A stretch of 20,000 bases of DNA from an uncultured virus (IMG/VR IMGVR_UViG_2922252024_000010) (Duplodnaviria > Heunggongvirae > Uroviricota > Caudoviricetes), in the IMG/VR virus record IMGVR_UViG_2922252024_000010. The stretch is one strand, 5' to 3'. Under the pieces are notes generated by a model. That model worked only from the letters and a program-made list of their open reading frames with translations, did no database searches and was not told where the DNA came from. A program made the position numbers and the translations under genes. This document shows positions 1-9,565 of the stretch, piece after piece; the stretch's first letter is position 1, and each line of letters opens with the position of its first letter.

Positions 1-108
1 TTCCTGCGACTGGGTGCAACCATTGTGGTGAACGGACAGCCGGTAAGCGATGAGCCGCAAATCATAAACGTAAGAGAAGGACAGACTGATGACAAAGAAA
101 ATGATTAA
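1..108 (+). CDS. 3' end of probable Mu gp37-like tail completion protein (partial)
   Basis: Frame 1 is open from the window edge (FLRLGATIVVNG...KEND*) and overlaps the next gene; assignment from position only. Confidence 0.5.
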   Translation, partial: FLRLGATIVVNGQPVSDEPQIINVREGQTDDKEND

Positions 109-277
109 GCCATCACGGGCGGGCCTGCTCGTTCGTAAGGCTGATGGCAGTCACCTTGCCGCTGATGGCGAGACACTGCCGGTCAATGCGTACTGGCTGC
201 GCCGTGAAAAAGAAGGCGATGTGAATATCACTGAGCCACCGAAGTCCCGCACATCTAAAACCGATAAGGAGGCATGA
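89..277 (+). CDS. Mu gp38-like DUF2635 family protein
   Basis: 62 aa with GLLVR...GETLP...YWLRREKEGDV motif, directly before the sheath gene. Confidence 0.8.
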   Translation: MTKKMIKPSRAGLLVRKADGSHLAADGETLPVNAYWLRREKEGDVNITEPPKSRTSKTDKEA

Positions 278-1755
278 TGTCCATCGGTAATATTCCTGAT
301 GATATTCGTGTCCCGCTGGTCTGGATCGATATCGATAACTCTATGGCGATGAGTGCCGCGCCGGCACAGTCCCGAAAAATTCTGGTTGTGGGTCAGCAGC
401 TCGCCAGCGCGACTGCTTTACCGTTGACGCTGAATCGTATTACTGGCGACAGCATGGCCGATGAACTCTATGGCCGTGGCTCCATGCTGGGTGAAATGGC
501 AAAGATGGTCCGTAAGGCCAACAGCTACACCGAGATGTATGCGATGGGACTGGAGGATATTGCCCAGGGCGCCGCAGCGAGTGCCACAGTCACGATGCTA
601 GGCACCGCCACTCAGGCCGGTACGCTGGCACTGATGATCAATGGCGTGTCTGTCCAGGTCGGGGTCAGCATCGGTGATGAAGCGGCAACCATTGCTGGCA
701 ATATCATCACTGCGATTACCGCAAAGCCTGCCACTCAGGTCACCGCCACAGCAAAAGCTGAAGCTGCTGCAACGGTAGTGCTGACCGTGAAGTGGAAAGG
801 TGTCACGGGAAATGACAGCGATGTGCGCCTGAACTATTACGCCGGAGAACAAACACCTGCCGGCATCAGTGCAACACTGACCGCCTTTTCGGGTGGCACG
901 GGGACGCCGGATATTGAGGAGGTTGTTGCCGCTCTGGGGGATGACTGGTACACGGATATTATTTTCCCGTACACCGACACGCAGAGTCTGAACAGCATTC
1001 GTGACGAACTGGAAGAACGCTGGGGGCCGCTCAAGATGATGGAGGCGATTCTGTGGTCTGCTTATCGTGGTACGCATGCCCAGAGCGGTACATTCGGGCA
1101 TACCCGCAATGACTGGCTGATTTCCTGTATTGGCACCAACATCGCACCAGAACCGTCATGGCTATGGGCCGCCAGCTACGGCGCAACGGCGGCATACCAG
1201 TTGGCCCTTGATCCTGCCCGTCCTCTCCAGACGCTGATCCTGACCGGTATCAAGCCGCCCGCTCGCGGTATCCGCTGGGATATGCCAGAGCGTAACCTGC
1301 TGCTGCATGACGGTATCGCCACGCACTTTGTTGATGCCGGAGATAACGTCTGTATTGAGCGCGAAATCACCATGTACCGCGTGAACCGCTATGGCGATAC
1401 CGACATTTCATACCTCGATGTGCAGTCGCCGGCAACGCTTGGCCGCATCCGTTATGTCATCAAAAACCGCTTCACCAGCCGTTATCCGCGCCACAAGCTG
1501 GCGGATGATGACGTACTTGATTTGCTTGATGCCGGTCAGCCGGTGATGACACCGAAGATTGCGACCGCTGAACTGCTGGATATTGCACTGACTGAGCTTA
1601 TCCCGGCTGGCTTGGTAGAAGACTTTGAGGACTACAAAGAAACGCTCGATGTCACTATCGACAGTAAAGATCCAAACCGTCTGAACTTTATCTGCCACCC
1701 GAACCTGGTGAATCAGTTGCGCGTTCTGGCCGGTCTCATCCAGTTCAAACTTTAA
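277..1755 (+). CDS. Contractile tail sheath protein (Mu gpL-like)
   Basis: ~492 aa, IPDDIRVPLVWIDIDNS N-terminus and DPNRLN...PNLVNQLRVLA C-terminus; start 274 or 277. Confidence 0.93.
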   Translation: MSIGNIPDDIRVPLVWIDIDNSMAMSAAPAQSRKILVVGQQLASATALPLTLNRITGDSMADELYGRGSMLGEMAKMVRKANSYTEMYAMGLEDIAQGAAASATVTMLGTATQAGTLALMINGVSVQVGVSIGDEAATIAGNIITAITAKPATQVTATAKAEAAATVVLTVKWKGVTGNDSDVRLNYYAGEQTPAGISATLTAFSGGTGTPDIEEVVAALGDDWYTDIIFPYTDTQSLNSIRDELEERWGPLKMMEAILWSAYRGTHAQSGTFGHTRNDWLISCIGTNIAPEPSWLWAASYGATAAYQLALDPARPLQTLILTGIKPPARGIRWDMPERNLLLHDGIATHFVDAGDNVCIEREITMYRVNRYGDTDISYLDVQSPATLGRIRYVIKNRFTSRYPRHKLADDDVLDLLDAGQPVMTPKIATAELLDIALTELIPAGLVEDFEDYKETLDVTIDSKDPNRLNFICHPNLVNQLRVLAGLIQFKL

Positions 1756-1764
1756 GGAGCCAGC

Positions 1765-2121
1765 ATGGCAAACATTCTGGGTATGGCGGCGATTCGTATT
1801 AATGGCCGTGAAATCAAAACTGAAGGCAAATCCACCCTGAATCCGGGAGGCTATGCCCGCCAGCAACATATGGGCGGCGGTAAAGTCTGGGGTAATTCCC
1901 GCAAGATGGCGGCCCCCTCCATCAAGCTGACCATTGCTGCAGATCGCGATGTCGATGTGATTGAAATCAGTAACTGGGAGGACGTGACCGTCATGTTTTA
2001 CGGTGACAACGGTCTCAACTACATGATGACCGGCGCGGCCACCGATAACCCGGCAGAACTGGACGAAGACGCGGGGACGGTCTCGGCTAACTTCATCGGC
2101 GTCAAGTGTGTGAAGGTGTAA
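1765..2121 (+). CDS. Tail tube protein (Mu gpM-like)
   Basis: 118 aa immediately after sheath, AAGGAG RBS. Confidence 0.88.
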   Translation: MANILGMAAIRINGREIKTEGKSTLNPGGYARQQHMGGGKVWGNSRKMAAPSIKLTIAADRDVDVIEISNWEDVTVMFYGDNGLNYMMTGAATDNPAELDEDAGTVSANFIGVKCVKV

Positions 2122-2124
2122 GAC

Positions 2125-2520
2125 ATGGCTGAAATGACATTCACTCTGGTACATGGTCTGCGTACAGGCAAAGGCACTACCGACGAAATGCTTCACAAGG
2201 ATGTGACGCTTCGCGAGCTGACATCACGGGATGTTATCGAATCACAACTGGCCTCAGAGCGCGTCGTGCTTGGGGATAATGGCAAGGCGGTTGCCTACTG
2301 CTCTGAGGTCATGATGGGGCTGGAGATGATGCGCCGGCAGATTAAGAATATTGGTGAAATCCCCGGCCCACTGGACATGAATCAAATTTATGCCCTGCAT
2401 CCGGAAGATTTGAAGTTGCTGACTGAAAAGGGTCAGGCGATGGATGACATGCTGGGGGAGACTGCCGAACGGGGGCGACATGGTGCCGATGGCAGCGGCG
2501 CTCAATCTACTGCTGATTAA
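2125..2520 (+). CDS. Tail assembly chaperone (Mu gp41-like)
   Basis: 131 aa between tube and tape measure; LVHGL...VTLREL...LHPEDL motifs; slippery site near the 3' end. Confidence 0.85.
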   Translation: MAEMTFTLVHGLRTGKGTTDEMLHKDVTLRELTSRDVIESQLASERVVLGDNGKAVAYCSEVMMGLEMMRRQIKNIGEIPGPLDMNQIYALHPEDLKLLTEKGQAMDDMLGETAERGRHGADGSGAQSTAD

Positions 2521-2629
2521 CCTCTCTCAGCGTTTCGATGTTAACCGGCTTGAGCAACTGCCCCTGCGGCAGTTGCTTATTCAGGTCAGGCAACTGAGGA
2601 AGCAATATGACAAACCGCCTAAGCACTGA
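2470..2629 (+). other. Programmed -2 frameshift site (CGG GGG CGA, 2470-2478) and the C-terminal extension frame ending at 2629
   Basis: GGGGGCGA in frame as Arg-Gly-Arg, the slippery sequence described for Mu; the overlapping +1/-2 frame stays open into the tape measure start. Confidence 0.8.
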
Positions 2630-4520
2630 AATTCTGATTAACCTTGCCGGGAACCTGACGGCCAAAGCCCGCCAGTACGGCGCTAATATGAGCGAGTTTG
2701 CCAGCCGTAACCAGAAAGCAATGTCTGTTGTGAAGGCTGCGTCTGAATCTGCCGGACGTGGTCTGGATATGCTCAGTAATCGCTATACAACGATGATTGC
2801 CGGCCTTGCCAGCGGCGCAGCGCTGAGGGAATTTGCTAAAACAGATCGACAATTAACCGGGCTGGGTATTGCTGCCGGTAAAACTCGTGATGAGATGCGC
2901 AATATCTTTGATGGCATTCAGGAAACCGCCATCAAATTCCGGGTCGATGACTCGGAGGTGTTGGCGGCGCTGGAGAATGTCAACAAAACGACCGGCGATC
3001 TGGATTTTGGTATTCAGAATAAGGGCATGATAGCCGCTTCTATTGCTGCATCAGGCTCTCAGGGGGATTCGATTGGCGGACTGTTTTCTCAGTTCCCTAA
3101 ATTTGGTCTTCAGACTGAAAAGCAGACGCTTGCAGCTATGGATACGTTAAACCTTCTGGGAAAAGAAGGCGCATTTGAGCTGAAAGACATTGCAGAAAAA
3201 GGCGTCAGAGCCTTCTCTATGTACTCCGCTGCTGGCGGGAGTGGCGTTAAGGGAGTCAAAGACGTAGGCGTTGTACTGGAATCTGCCATTGATGCCACAG
3301 GCAACCGTGATACAGCAGCCACGGCGACTGAAAACCTTATTCGTGATCTGCAGTTGCCAAAGGTTGTTGACACTCTCAAGAAGAAAGCAGGAATTAACGT
3401 ATATGGCAAAGATGGAAAAATGCGTTCTCTTCCAGAAATTCTGGCTGAAGTAGCGAAATCATCTGGTAGCAAAGGATCGCAAGAGCAGAATGAAAGACTA
3501 CTGAAAGCCGGTTTTAACCAGGACAGTATTTTACTTATCAGCAGTGTCACCTCTGGTAAAGGAGCAGAAAACCTCAAGCGATACCAGTCAGTAGTCGGAG
3601 ATGGTACAGGCATCATGAAAGATGCTGAATATGCGGCGAAAGATTTTACTTCGGCGCTGACCAGCCTGAATGTTACCTGGAAGAAATTTTCTAACAGCAA
3701 TCTTGCCGGACCGGTACAGGAACTGGCTGATGCCATCAATTCAGTAGATCAAAAGACGGTTCAGAACTGGCTTGAAGTCGGCAAGAAAATTGCCATTGCG
3801 ACTGCCGGAGTCATTGCAGCACGTAAAGCATTTAAAATCGGTAAAGGTGCATGGGATTTTCTCCAGCCAGAAAAAGGAGGAAAAGGCATACCTAAAGGCG
3901 TCTCAGATGTTTTTGGCTCCGGTGTTATGCCCGTTTATGTCGTGAACATGGGCAAAGGTGGAATGGGTGGTCCTGGTGATTTAATTCCCGATGGAAAAGA
4001 ACCTCGTAAACCCAATGGCCCAGGACGTCTTAGTGTTCCTGGAGGGATGATCGGAACATCTCTAATGATGGCCACAATTCCCTATCTTGATGATGATTCT
4101 TCACTGACCGATGACGACAAAGCTGGCATGGTTCAGTGGGCAAAGGATCGTGCTAAACGCAAAGCGAATGAGAAACCGGTTATTGACCCGCGCCCGTGGG
4201 CATCAATGACACCGGCAACGCCGTTTATCCCTGCGTCTGAAAATCCCCCGGCAGACAGACCGCGCCCTGAAACGAGTGACCATTCTTTGTTTGGTGTCAT
4301 CGTTGATTTTCTGCGGGGCACTAACGCCGCAATAGAGAACAAAAATGCGCTTGATAAATCAGCACAGCCATCCGTTCCTCTGGCCCCGACAGTGAAAGAG
4401 ATACAGGGTGAAATTCGTGTGATCCTTGAGGGGAATGGTCGCGTTAAAAATGTCTCCATGAACCAGTCTGATATAAAACTCAGCGCTTCTGCTGGCGTGA
4501 GCAGCGTGGGACAAGGCTAA
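2607..4520 (+). CDS. Tail tape measure protein
   Basis: 637 aa, Ala/Gly-rich, follows the chaperone; VMPVYVVNM motif. Confidence 0.9.
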   Translation: MTNRLSTEILINLAGNLTAKARQYGANMSEFASRNQKAMSVVKAASESAGRGLDMLSNRYTTMIAGLASGAALREFAKTDRQLTGLGIAAGKTRDEMRNIFDGIQETAIKFRVDDSEVLAALENVNKTTGDLDFGIQNKGMIAASIAASGSQGDSIGGLFSQFPKFGLQTEKQTLAAMDTLNLLGKEGAFELKDIAEKGVRAFSMYSAAGGSGVKGVKDVGVVLESAIDATGNRDTAATATENLIRDLQLPKVVDTLKKKAGINVYGKDGKMRSLPEILAEVAKSSGSKGSQEQNERLLKAGFNQDSILLISSVTSGKGAENLKRYQSVVGDGTGIMKDAEYAAKDFTSALTSLNVTWKKFSNSNLAGPVQELADAINSVDQKTVQNWLEVGKKIAIATAGVIAARKAFKIGKGAWDFLQPEKGGKGIPKGVSDVFGSGVMPVYVVNMGKGGMGGPGDLIPDGKEPRKPNGPGRLSVPGGMIGTSLMMATIPYLDDDSSLTDDDKAGMVQWAKDRAKRKANEKPVIDPRPWASMTPATPFIPASENPPADRPRPETSDHSLFGVIVDFLRGTNAAIENKNALDKSAQPSVPLAPTVKEIQGEIRVILEGNGRVKNVSMNQSDIKLSASAGVSSVGQG

Positions 4521-5851
4521 TGGGAAAAACACGATGGGAAGACCTGCGAGATGCTTCATTTCGGGGCGTATCCTTCTATCTGGTCGATAACGAAGGCACC
4601 AGTGGACGCCGTGCAATCCCCCGAGCCTACCCTAAAAAAGAAGTGGGCTGGACCGAGGATAACGGTGCTGTTCTGACCCAACAGCAAATCAACGGCAAGC
4701 TGATTGGCAAGGACTACCAGAGCCAACTGGAGGCGCTTCTGCACGTTCTGAACATGCCGGGACCTGGTGAACTAATCCATCCGTGGTTCGGCATTGAGAA
4801 AGTTCAGGTCGGCAAGGTGACGCACCGTCTGAGCACTGAGGAAGGCGGCATTGCCTATATCTCTTTTGAGGTATATGAGGCGGGTGAACGCCTGTTCCCT
4901 GCGCCGACAGAAAACACCAGCCTGACGGTACTCAGCGCAGCGGATAAGGTTAAAGCTGCCCTGGCTAATGGTGATGTCTTTGCCCTGCTGGATGGTCTTG
5001 GTGAGATGGCTGATACGTGGATGGACGACATGGAGAATCTGGTGGTGGGTGTGCTGACGCTACCCTCCGCGATCACAGAATGGACTGACCGCCTCGGACG
5101 CTTTCGCGGACTGATTGAGCTGGCCGTCGCGAAACCCGCCGGGTTTATCAATGATGTTCTGACCCTTGTCAGCGGTGTACGCGATACCGTGACCGAACCT
5201 TTGTGGTCAATGCGGGTTTATGATCAGCTCCGTAGCCGGTGGCAGGGAGAACAGTTTTCCGGTTCTTCATCTTCGCCGTGGTCGTCGCCGGCTTCGTCAA
5301 CAAATACAAGTGACCGCGCGACAGCCGCTGCACTCCACCAGTTGCCCAAATACATGTCAGTCACACCAGGTTCAGTGACTGACGGAAAGTATGGTTTTGC
5401 CAGCAGCCTTCCGGACGTTGTCCCTGAGCTGACCGATGCCATGCAGGACAACATCACTCATTTCCGTCAGTTGATTGTCGTTGCCAGCCTAACTGGACAG
5501 GCAGAGACCGTTGCCAGCACCGATTTCAGAAGCAGTGAGGAAGCCATAAGTGCGGGTGACACGCTGGCTGAGCAACTGAATGAACAGGCTGTGTACGCCG
5601 TAGAAAACGGTCAGCGGGATTTGTGGCATGCCCTGCGTGAGCTGCGCTTTGCCGTCGTCAATGACGTGCGGGTCAGAAGCGCTCAGCTACCACAGACACG
5701 AACGGTCATTCTGACCACAACGTCCCCGGTATCTCTGATTGCATGGCGTGAAACCGGTAATACCGAGAACCGTGACGCCATCGCGTCAAGGAACCGATTG
5801 AAAGACCCGGCGTTCGTTCTTCCGGGTAAACCTGTCGAGGTAACAGATTGA
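4520..5851 (+). CDS. DNA circularization protein (Mu gp43/N-like)
   Basis: WEDLRDASFRGVSF and GPGELIHPWFG motifs; C-terminal RNRLKDPAFV. Confidence 0.9.
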   Translation: MGKTRWEDLRDASFRGVSFYLVDNEGTSGRRAIPRAYPKKEVGWTEDNGAVLTQQQINGKLIGKDYQSQLEALLHVLNMPGPGELIHPWFGIEKVQVGKVTHRLSTEEGGIAYISFEVYEAGERLFPAPTENTSLTVLSAADKVKAALANGDVFALLDGLGEMADTWMDDMENLVVGVLTLPSAITEWTDRLGRFRGLIELAVAKPAGFINDVLTLVSGVRDTVTEPLWSMRVYDQLRSRWQGEQFSGSSSSPWSSPASSTNTSDRATAAALHQLPKYMSVTPGSVTDGKYGFASSLPDVVPELTDAMQDNITHFRQLIVVASLTGQAETVASTDFRSSEEAISAGDTLAEQLNEQAVYAVENGQRDLWHALRELRFAVVNDVRVRSAQLPQTRTVILTTTSPVSLIAWRETGNTENRDAIASRNRLKDPAFVLPGKPVEVTD

Positions 5852-6942
5852 TGGAAATGGTTGTGCTTGAGGTTGACGGCCAGCAGTGGGACGGATGGAC
5901 AGAGATGTCCATCACTTCCTCACTGGAGGCTGTTGCCGGCGAATTTGATCTCACTGTCACCACACAATGGTCAGAAGCATCACCGCGCGTGATTAAGCAG
6001 GGCATGCCCTGCATCGTCAGGCTGGGAAAAGATACGGTTCTGACGGGGTATATTGATGATTTCATTCCCAGCTATGACGCAGAAAACATGAGTATTCGCG
6101 TTATGGGGCGGGATAAAACCGGCGATCTCGTTGACAGCTCAGTGGTGCATAAATCCGGCCAGTGGAAAGGTGTTCGACTGGAGCAACTGGCAGTGGAAAT
6201 CTGCAAACCCTATGGCATCAGTGTTATCAGTGAAACTGACACTGGTGAAACCTTCGGTAGCGTGGTGCTTGAACAGGGAGAGACCGCCTTCGATCTTCTT
6301 GACCGCCTGGCTAAACAACGCGGCGTTCTGCTGACTGCTGATGGTCTGGGTAATCTGATCATCACCCGTGCATCAACAAAGCGTGCCGGCGTTCCTCTGA
6401 TATTTGGAACCAATATTCTTGCAGCCCGCGGCCGGTTCAGCTGGCGTGAGAGAAACAGCCAGTACATCGTGAAAGGCACCTCCAGTGCGGGTGGGAGCAC
6501 GTGGGACGATCAGCCTGTCAAAGTGATTGGAGGACGTCAGACCATCGTTGATGATGGTGATATCAACCGTTACCGCCCGAAAATTCTGGTCAATGAAGAC
6601 AGCCTGACCGTCGGAGGCGCAAGTACACGCGGTGAATGGTACAAAGCGCGGATGATGGGCGAAGCCAACAGCACCGAAATTACACTGGCAGGATGGCGAG
6701 AGAATGGCGATGAAGGCCCGTTATGGCAGAAAAACAGGCGCGTTGATATTGATGACCCGGTACAGAACCTGAAGGACTCATGGCTGATTAAAACCGTCAC
6801 GTTTACTGAAGGTGATAACGGACGTCTCTGCGTTCTGACGCTGGTTCCCCCTGAGTCGATGGATATGCCTGAAACCAGTGCGAAAAAAGCAGGCAAGAAA
6901 GGCAAGAGATCAAAGGCAAAAACGGAGGAAACATGGGACTGA
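5851..6942 (+). CDS. Baseplate hub protein (Mu gp44/P-like)
   Basis: VDGQQWDGW, GRDKTGDLVDSS and GETAFDLLDRLA motifs; ATG at 5851 overlaps the upstream stop. Confidence 0.9.
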   Translation: MEMVVLEVDGQQWDGWTEMSITSSLEAVAGEFDLTVTTQWSEASPRVIKQGMPCIVRLGKDTVLTGYIDDFIPSYDAENMSIRVMGRDKTGDLVDSSVVHKSGQWKGVRLEQLAVEICKPYGISVISETDTGETFGSVVLEQGETAFDLLDRLAKQRGVLLTADGLGNLIITRASTKRAGVPLIFGTNILAARGRFSWRERNSQYIVKGTSSAGGSTWDDQPVKVIGGRQTIVDDGDINRYRPKILVNEDSLTVGGASTRGEWYKARMMGEANSTEITLAGWRENGDEGPLWQKNRRVDIDDPVQNLKDSWLIKTVTFTEGDNGRLCVLTLVPPESMDMPETSAKKAGKKGKRSKAKTEETWD

Positions 6943-7475
6943 ATCCGGCAAATATCGGTCGCATACTTGAAGGTATTGGACGCCGGCTGCGATTGCTCGT
7001 TGACAGGGCCGTTGTTCGTATCGTTACAGACAGTCTCGGGCGTCAGAACCTCCAGATCCAGTCTCTGGCGGATTCCACCAATGATGATGTTGAACGTTTC
7101 CAGAACTACGGCCTGACGTCTGTGCCGCCAGTCGGTTCAGAAGCACTCATTCTGGCAGTGGGGGGACGCCGGGAAGGTCTGGTGGCAATCGCTGTTGAAG
7201 ACAAGCGCTGTCGTCCAAAAGGTCTGGAAAATGGAGAGGTCAGGTTATATCACGGTGATGGTCAGTCTTATATCACCCTGAAAAAAGGTGGTCTTATCGA
7301 CGTTAAAGGGAAATCGGTTAATTACGATGCCGGCGAATTGTTTGCGATAAATACAAAATTATTAAAAGTTAACGGCCCATCTGAATTTTCAAAGGATATT
7401 CAGGTCGCCGGAAAATCTGTTCTTGAGCATTTCCATATTGACGGGGATGGCAAAAAAACATCGGAGATGAAATGA
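6933..7475 (+). CDS. Baseplate spike protein (Mu gp45-like)
   Basis: VERFQNYGLTSVPP motif and C-terminal HxH (HFH) metal-binding tip. Confidence 0.9.
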   Translation: MGLNPANIGRILEGIGRRLRLLVDRAVVRIVTDSLGRQNLQIQSLADSTNDDVERFQNYGLTSVPPVGSEALILAVGGRREGLVAIAVEDKRCRPKGLENGEVRLYHGDGQSYITLKKGGLIDVKGKSVNYDAGELFAINTKLLKVNGPSEFSKDIQVAGKSVLEHFHIDGDGKKTSEMK

Positions 7476-7924
7476 CAATTGGTATCAGCTGGAATAATCA
7501 GCTATCCAGAGGTGAACTGACCATTAACCATGATGGTTTATCGCGTGATGAAGGACTGGTCACTCTGGTTCTGATTTGTCTTTTCACCGACGTCCGTGCT
7601 GATACTGATGACATTATTCCTGATAGCTCATCGGACCCGCGAGGCTGGCCCGGCGACACCTTCAGTGATTACCCGTGGGGATCGAAACTCTGGTTGCTGG
7701 ATCGCGAGAAGCTGACGGAATCCGTCAGAATGCGGGTGGAAGATTATGCACTGCTTTCTATGCAACCGCTTTTACGGTCTGGTTATGCGCGTAATGCAGC
7801 AGTCACAGCCACTATAAGCGGCAATGACCGAATTAATTTTATTGTCATTTTAACCCGCCCGGATAAAACGACGCTCCGGATTGAAATAAGTAAACGCTGG
7901 GAGTTCACTGCTAATGCCTTATAA
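7472..7924 (+). CDS. Baseplate protein (Mu gp46-like)
   Basis: LFTDVRA, RGWPGD and GSKLWLLDREK motifs. Confidence 0.9.
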   Translation: MTIGISWNNQLSRGELTINHDGLSRDEGLVTLVLICLFTDVRADTDDIIPDSSSDPRGWPGDTFSDYPWGSKLWLLDREKLTESVRMRVEDYALLSMQPLLRSGYARNAAVTATISGNDRINFIVILTRPDKTTLRIEISKRWEFTANAL

Positions 7925-8990
7925 CGTTCCCGCGCTACGCAAGCTTATTACTGACGGCGAAAAAGATATTGCCTTTGAACTGGGGCTGCAAAAACTTCCG
8001 CCAGTAGGCGTTGAGAAAGCTCTAAATACCTCATTCAGCAATCAGGTTCGTGATTTATACGACCATCAGAGCTGGATTAAAGACCAGATTATTCCGTCCG
8101 TTAAATCTGATGATGAAACCATCATTGAGACTGCGGCCAGCGAAGGCGTCATCAGAAAACAGGCCACGTTTGCTACGGGACCGGCTGTATTTAAAGGGAA
8201 TACACCTCTGCCGGATGATACGGAGATGCAAACCGCTACCGGTATTGTTTATGCCGTGACGACTTCCGGCGTTCCTGTAGATGGGGTCATGACTGTAACC
8301 ATTCAGGCCAGCGATGCCGGCGCGTCAGGAAACCTTCCGGAAGGTGAAAGCCTGACCCTGATGTCCCCCGTTCCCGGCGTGGAGAGCATTGGTTTAACGG
8401 GAACGGGCGGCATCATCGGTGGTGCAGATATTGAGCCAGTTCCAGAATTGCTTGACCGGCTTTTATTCCGTAAACGCAATCCCCCTGTTGGTGGGGCTGT
8501 GCATGACTATGTCATCTGGGCACGAGAAATGGCTGGTGTCAGTCGGGCGTGGGCATTTGATGCCTGGCATGGCCCCTGCACAATCGGACTGGCATGGGTT
8601 TATGACGATCGTTCAGTGATTACCCCCGAATATCAGGACCGGAAAAATATGGAAGATTACCTTTTCCGTCATACCGACCCGGCGACTGGCGTATGGGTTG
8701 GTAAACCTGGAGGAATAGAAGTCTGGCCCGTTGAACTGGTGCTCCGTCCCGTCAATATGGTTATCGACATAACACCGGATACGTCTGCCACGCGTAAAGC
8801 TGTCCAGTCCCGCCTGCTGACGCTTCAGAAGACGCTGCTACCTGGGCAGACGTTACCCATTTCAGCAATCAGGACTGCTATCGGCACAGCATCTGGCGTG
8901 ACCGATTACACACTGGATCTGACTGCTGACATTCCCTGCGATCAGAATGAACTTATTACTATCGGGGAACTGACATGGCACACAGCGTAG
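7914..8990 (+). CDS. Baseplate J / Mu gp47-like wedge protein
   Basis: GGADIE...PPVGGAVHDYVIWA...GVSRAW motif. Confidence 0.92.
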   Translation: MPYNVPALRKLITDGEKDIAFELGLQKLPPVGVEKALNTSFSNQVRDLYDHQSWIKDQIIPSVKSDDETIIETAASEGVIRKQATFATGPAVFKGNTPLPDDTEMQTATGIVYAVTTSGVPVDGVMTVTIQASDAGASGNLPEGESLTLMSPVPGVESIGLTGTGGIIGGADIEPVPELLDRLLFRKRNPPVGGAVHDYVIWAREMAGVSRAWAFDAWHGPCTIGLAWVYDDRSVITPEYQDRKNMEDYLFRHTDPATGVWVGKPGGIEVWPVELVLRPVNMVIDITPDTSATRKAVQSRLLTLQKTLLPGQTLPISAIRTAIGTASGVTDYTLDLTADIPCDQNELITIGELTWHTA

Positions 8991-9565
8991 ATGAATGGCT
9001 GGGTGCTTTATGGCAGATCATGCCACGTGGCAAAGCGTGGTCACGCGATGAGGATGGTGATTTAAACCTTTTTTTACGGGCGTTAGCCAGGCGTTTAAGT
9101 CAGACGGAATTTGATGCAGAAAATCTGCTACCGGAGATGCGGCCAGAAACAACATTTATGCTTCTGGAAGAATGGGAGGAATACCTTGAACTGCCGGAGT
9201 GTGGGCAGTTAAGCGGTACTGTAGAAGATCGACGTCGTGCTGTCGTGGAGAAGTATCACCGCAAAGGTGGCCTTTCCCCGTGGCAGATTGAAGCGGTGGC
9301 TGTCGCGCTTGGATTTACTATCCGGGTTACTGTCATTCTGCCTCACCATTGCATGCGTAGCTGCATGTATCCCCTTTATCCAGCCCGTTATCGCTGGACG
9401 TTACAGATTGATGTGATCGGTATAAGCGGCGGACGTTTTACCTGTATCGATAACGTCATGACACCGCTTCTGAGTGAACGGGCAAGAGAACTGGAGTGTG
9501 TGCTGACAAAATACCGTCTCGGCGGCACAGCATACGAATATTATTATTCTTCAGGAGATAACTGA
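8975..9565 (+). CDS. Baseplate protein Mu gp48 / YmfQ (DUF2313) family
   Basis: MPRGKAW, LLEEWEEYLELPEC and ELECVL motifs; position before the fibre. Confidence 0.88.
   Translation: MAHSVDEWLGALWQIMPRGKAWSRDEDGDLNLFLRALARRLSQTEFDAENLLPEMRPETTFMLLEEWEEYLELPECGQLSGTVEDRRRAVVEKYHRKGGLSPWQIEAVAVALGFTIRVTVILPHHCMRSCMYPLYPARYRWTLQIDVIGISGGRFTCIDNVMTPLLSERARELECVLTKYRLGGTAYEYYYSSGDN

Noticed and set aside
5255..5310. Ser-rich stretch in the DNA circularization protein
   Set aside because: Looks like a low-complexity linker with the frame intact; no sign of an intein or insertion element
598..6905. Antisense and alternate-frame ORFs over tail genes (e.g. 1408-2196, 3110-3739, 6570-6905)
   Set aside because: Shadows of well-supported + strand genes with no recognisable motifs
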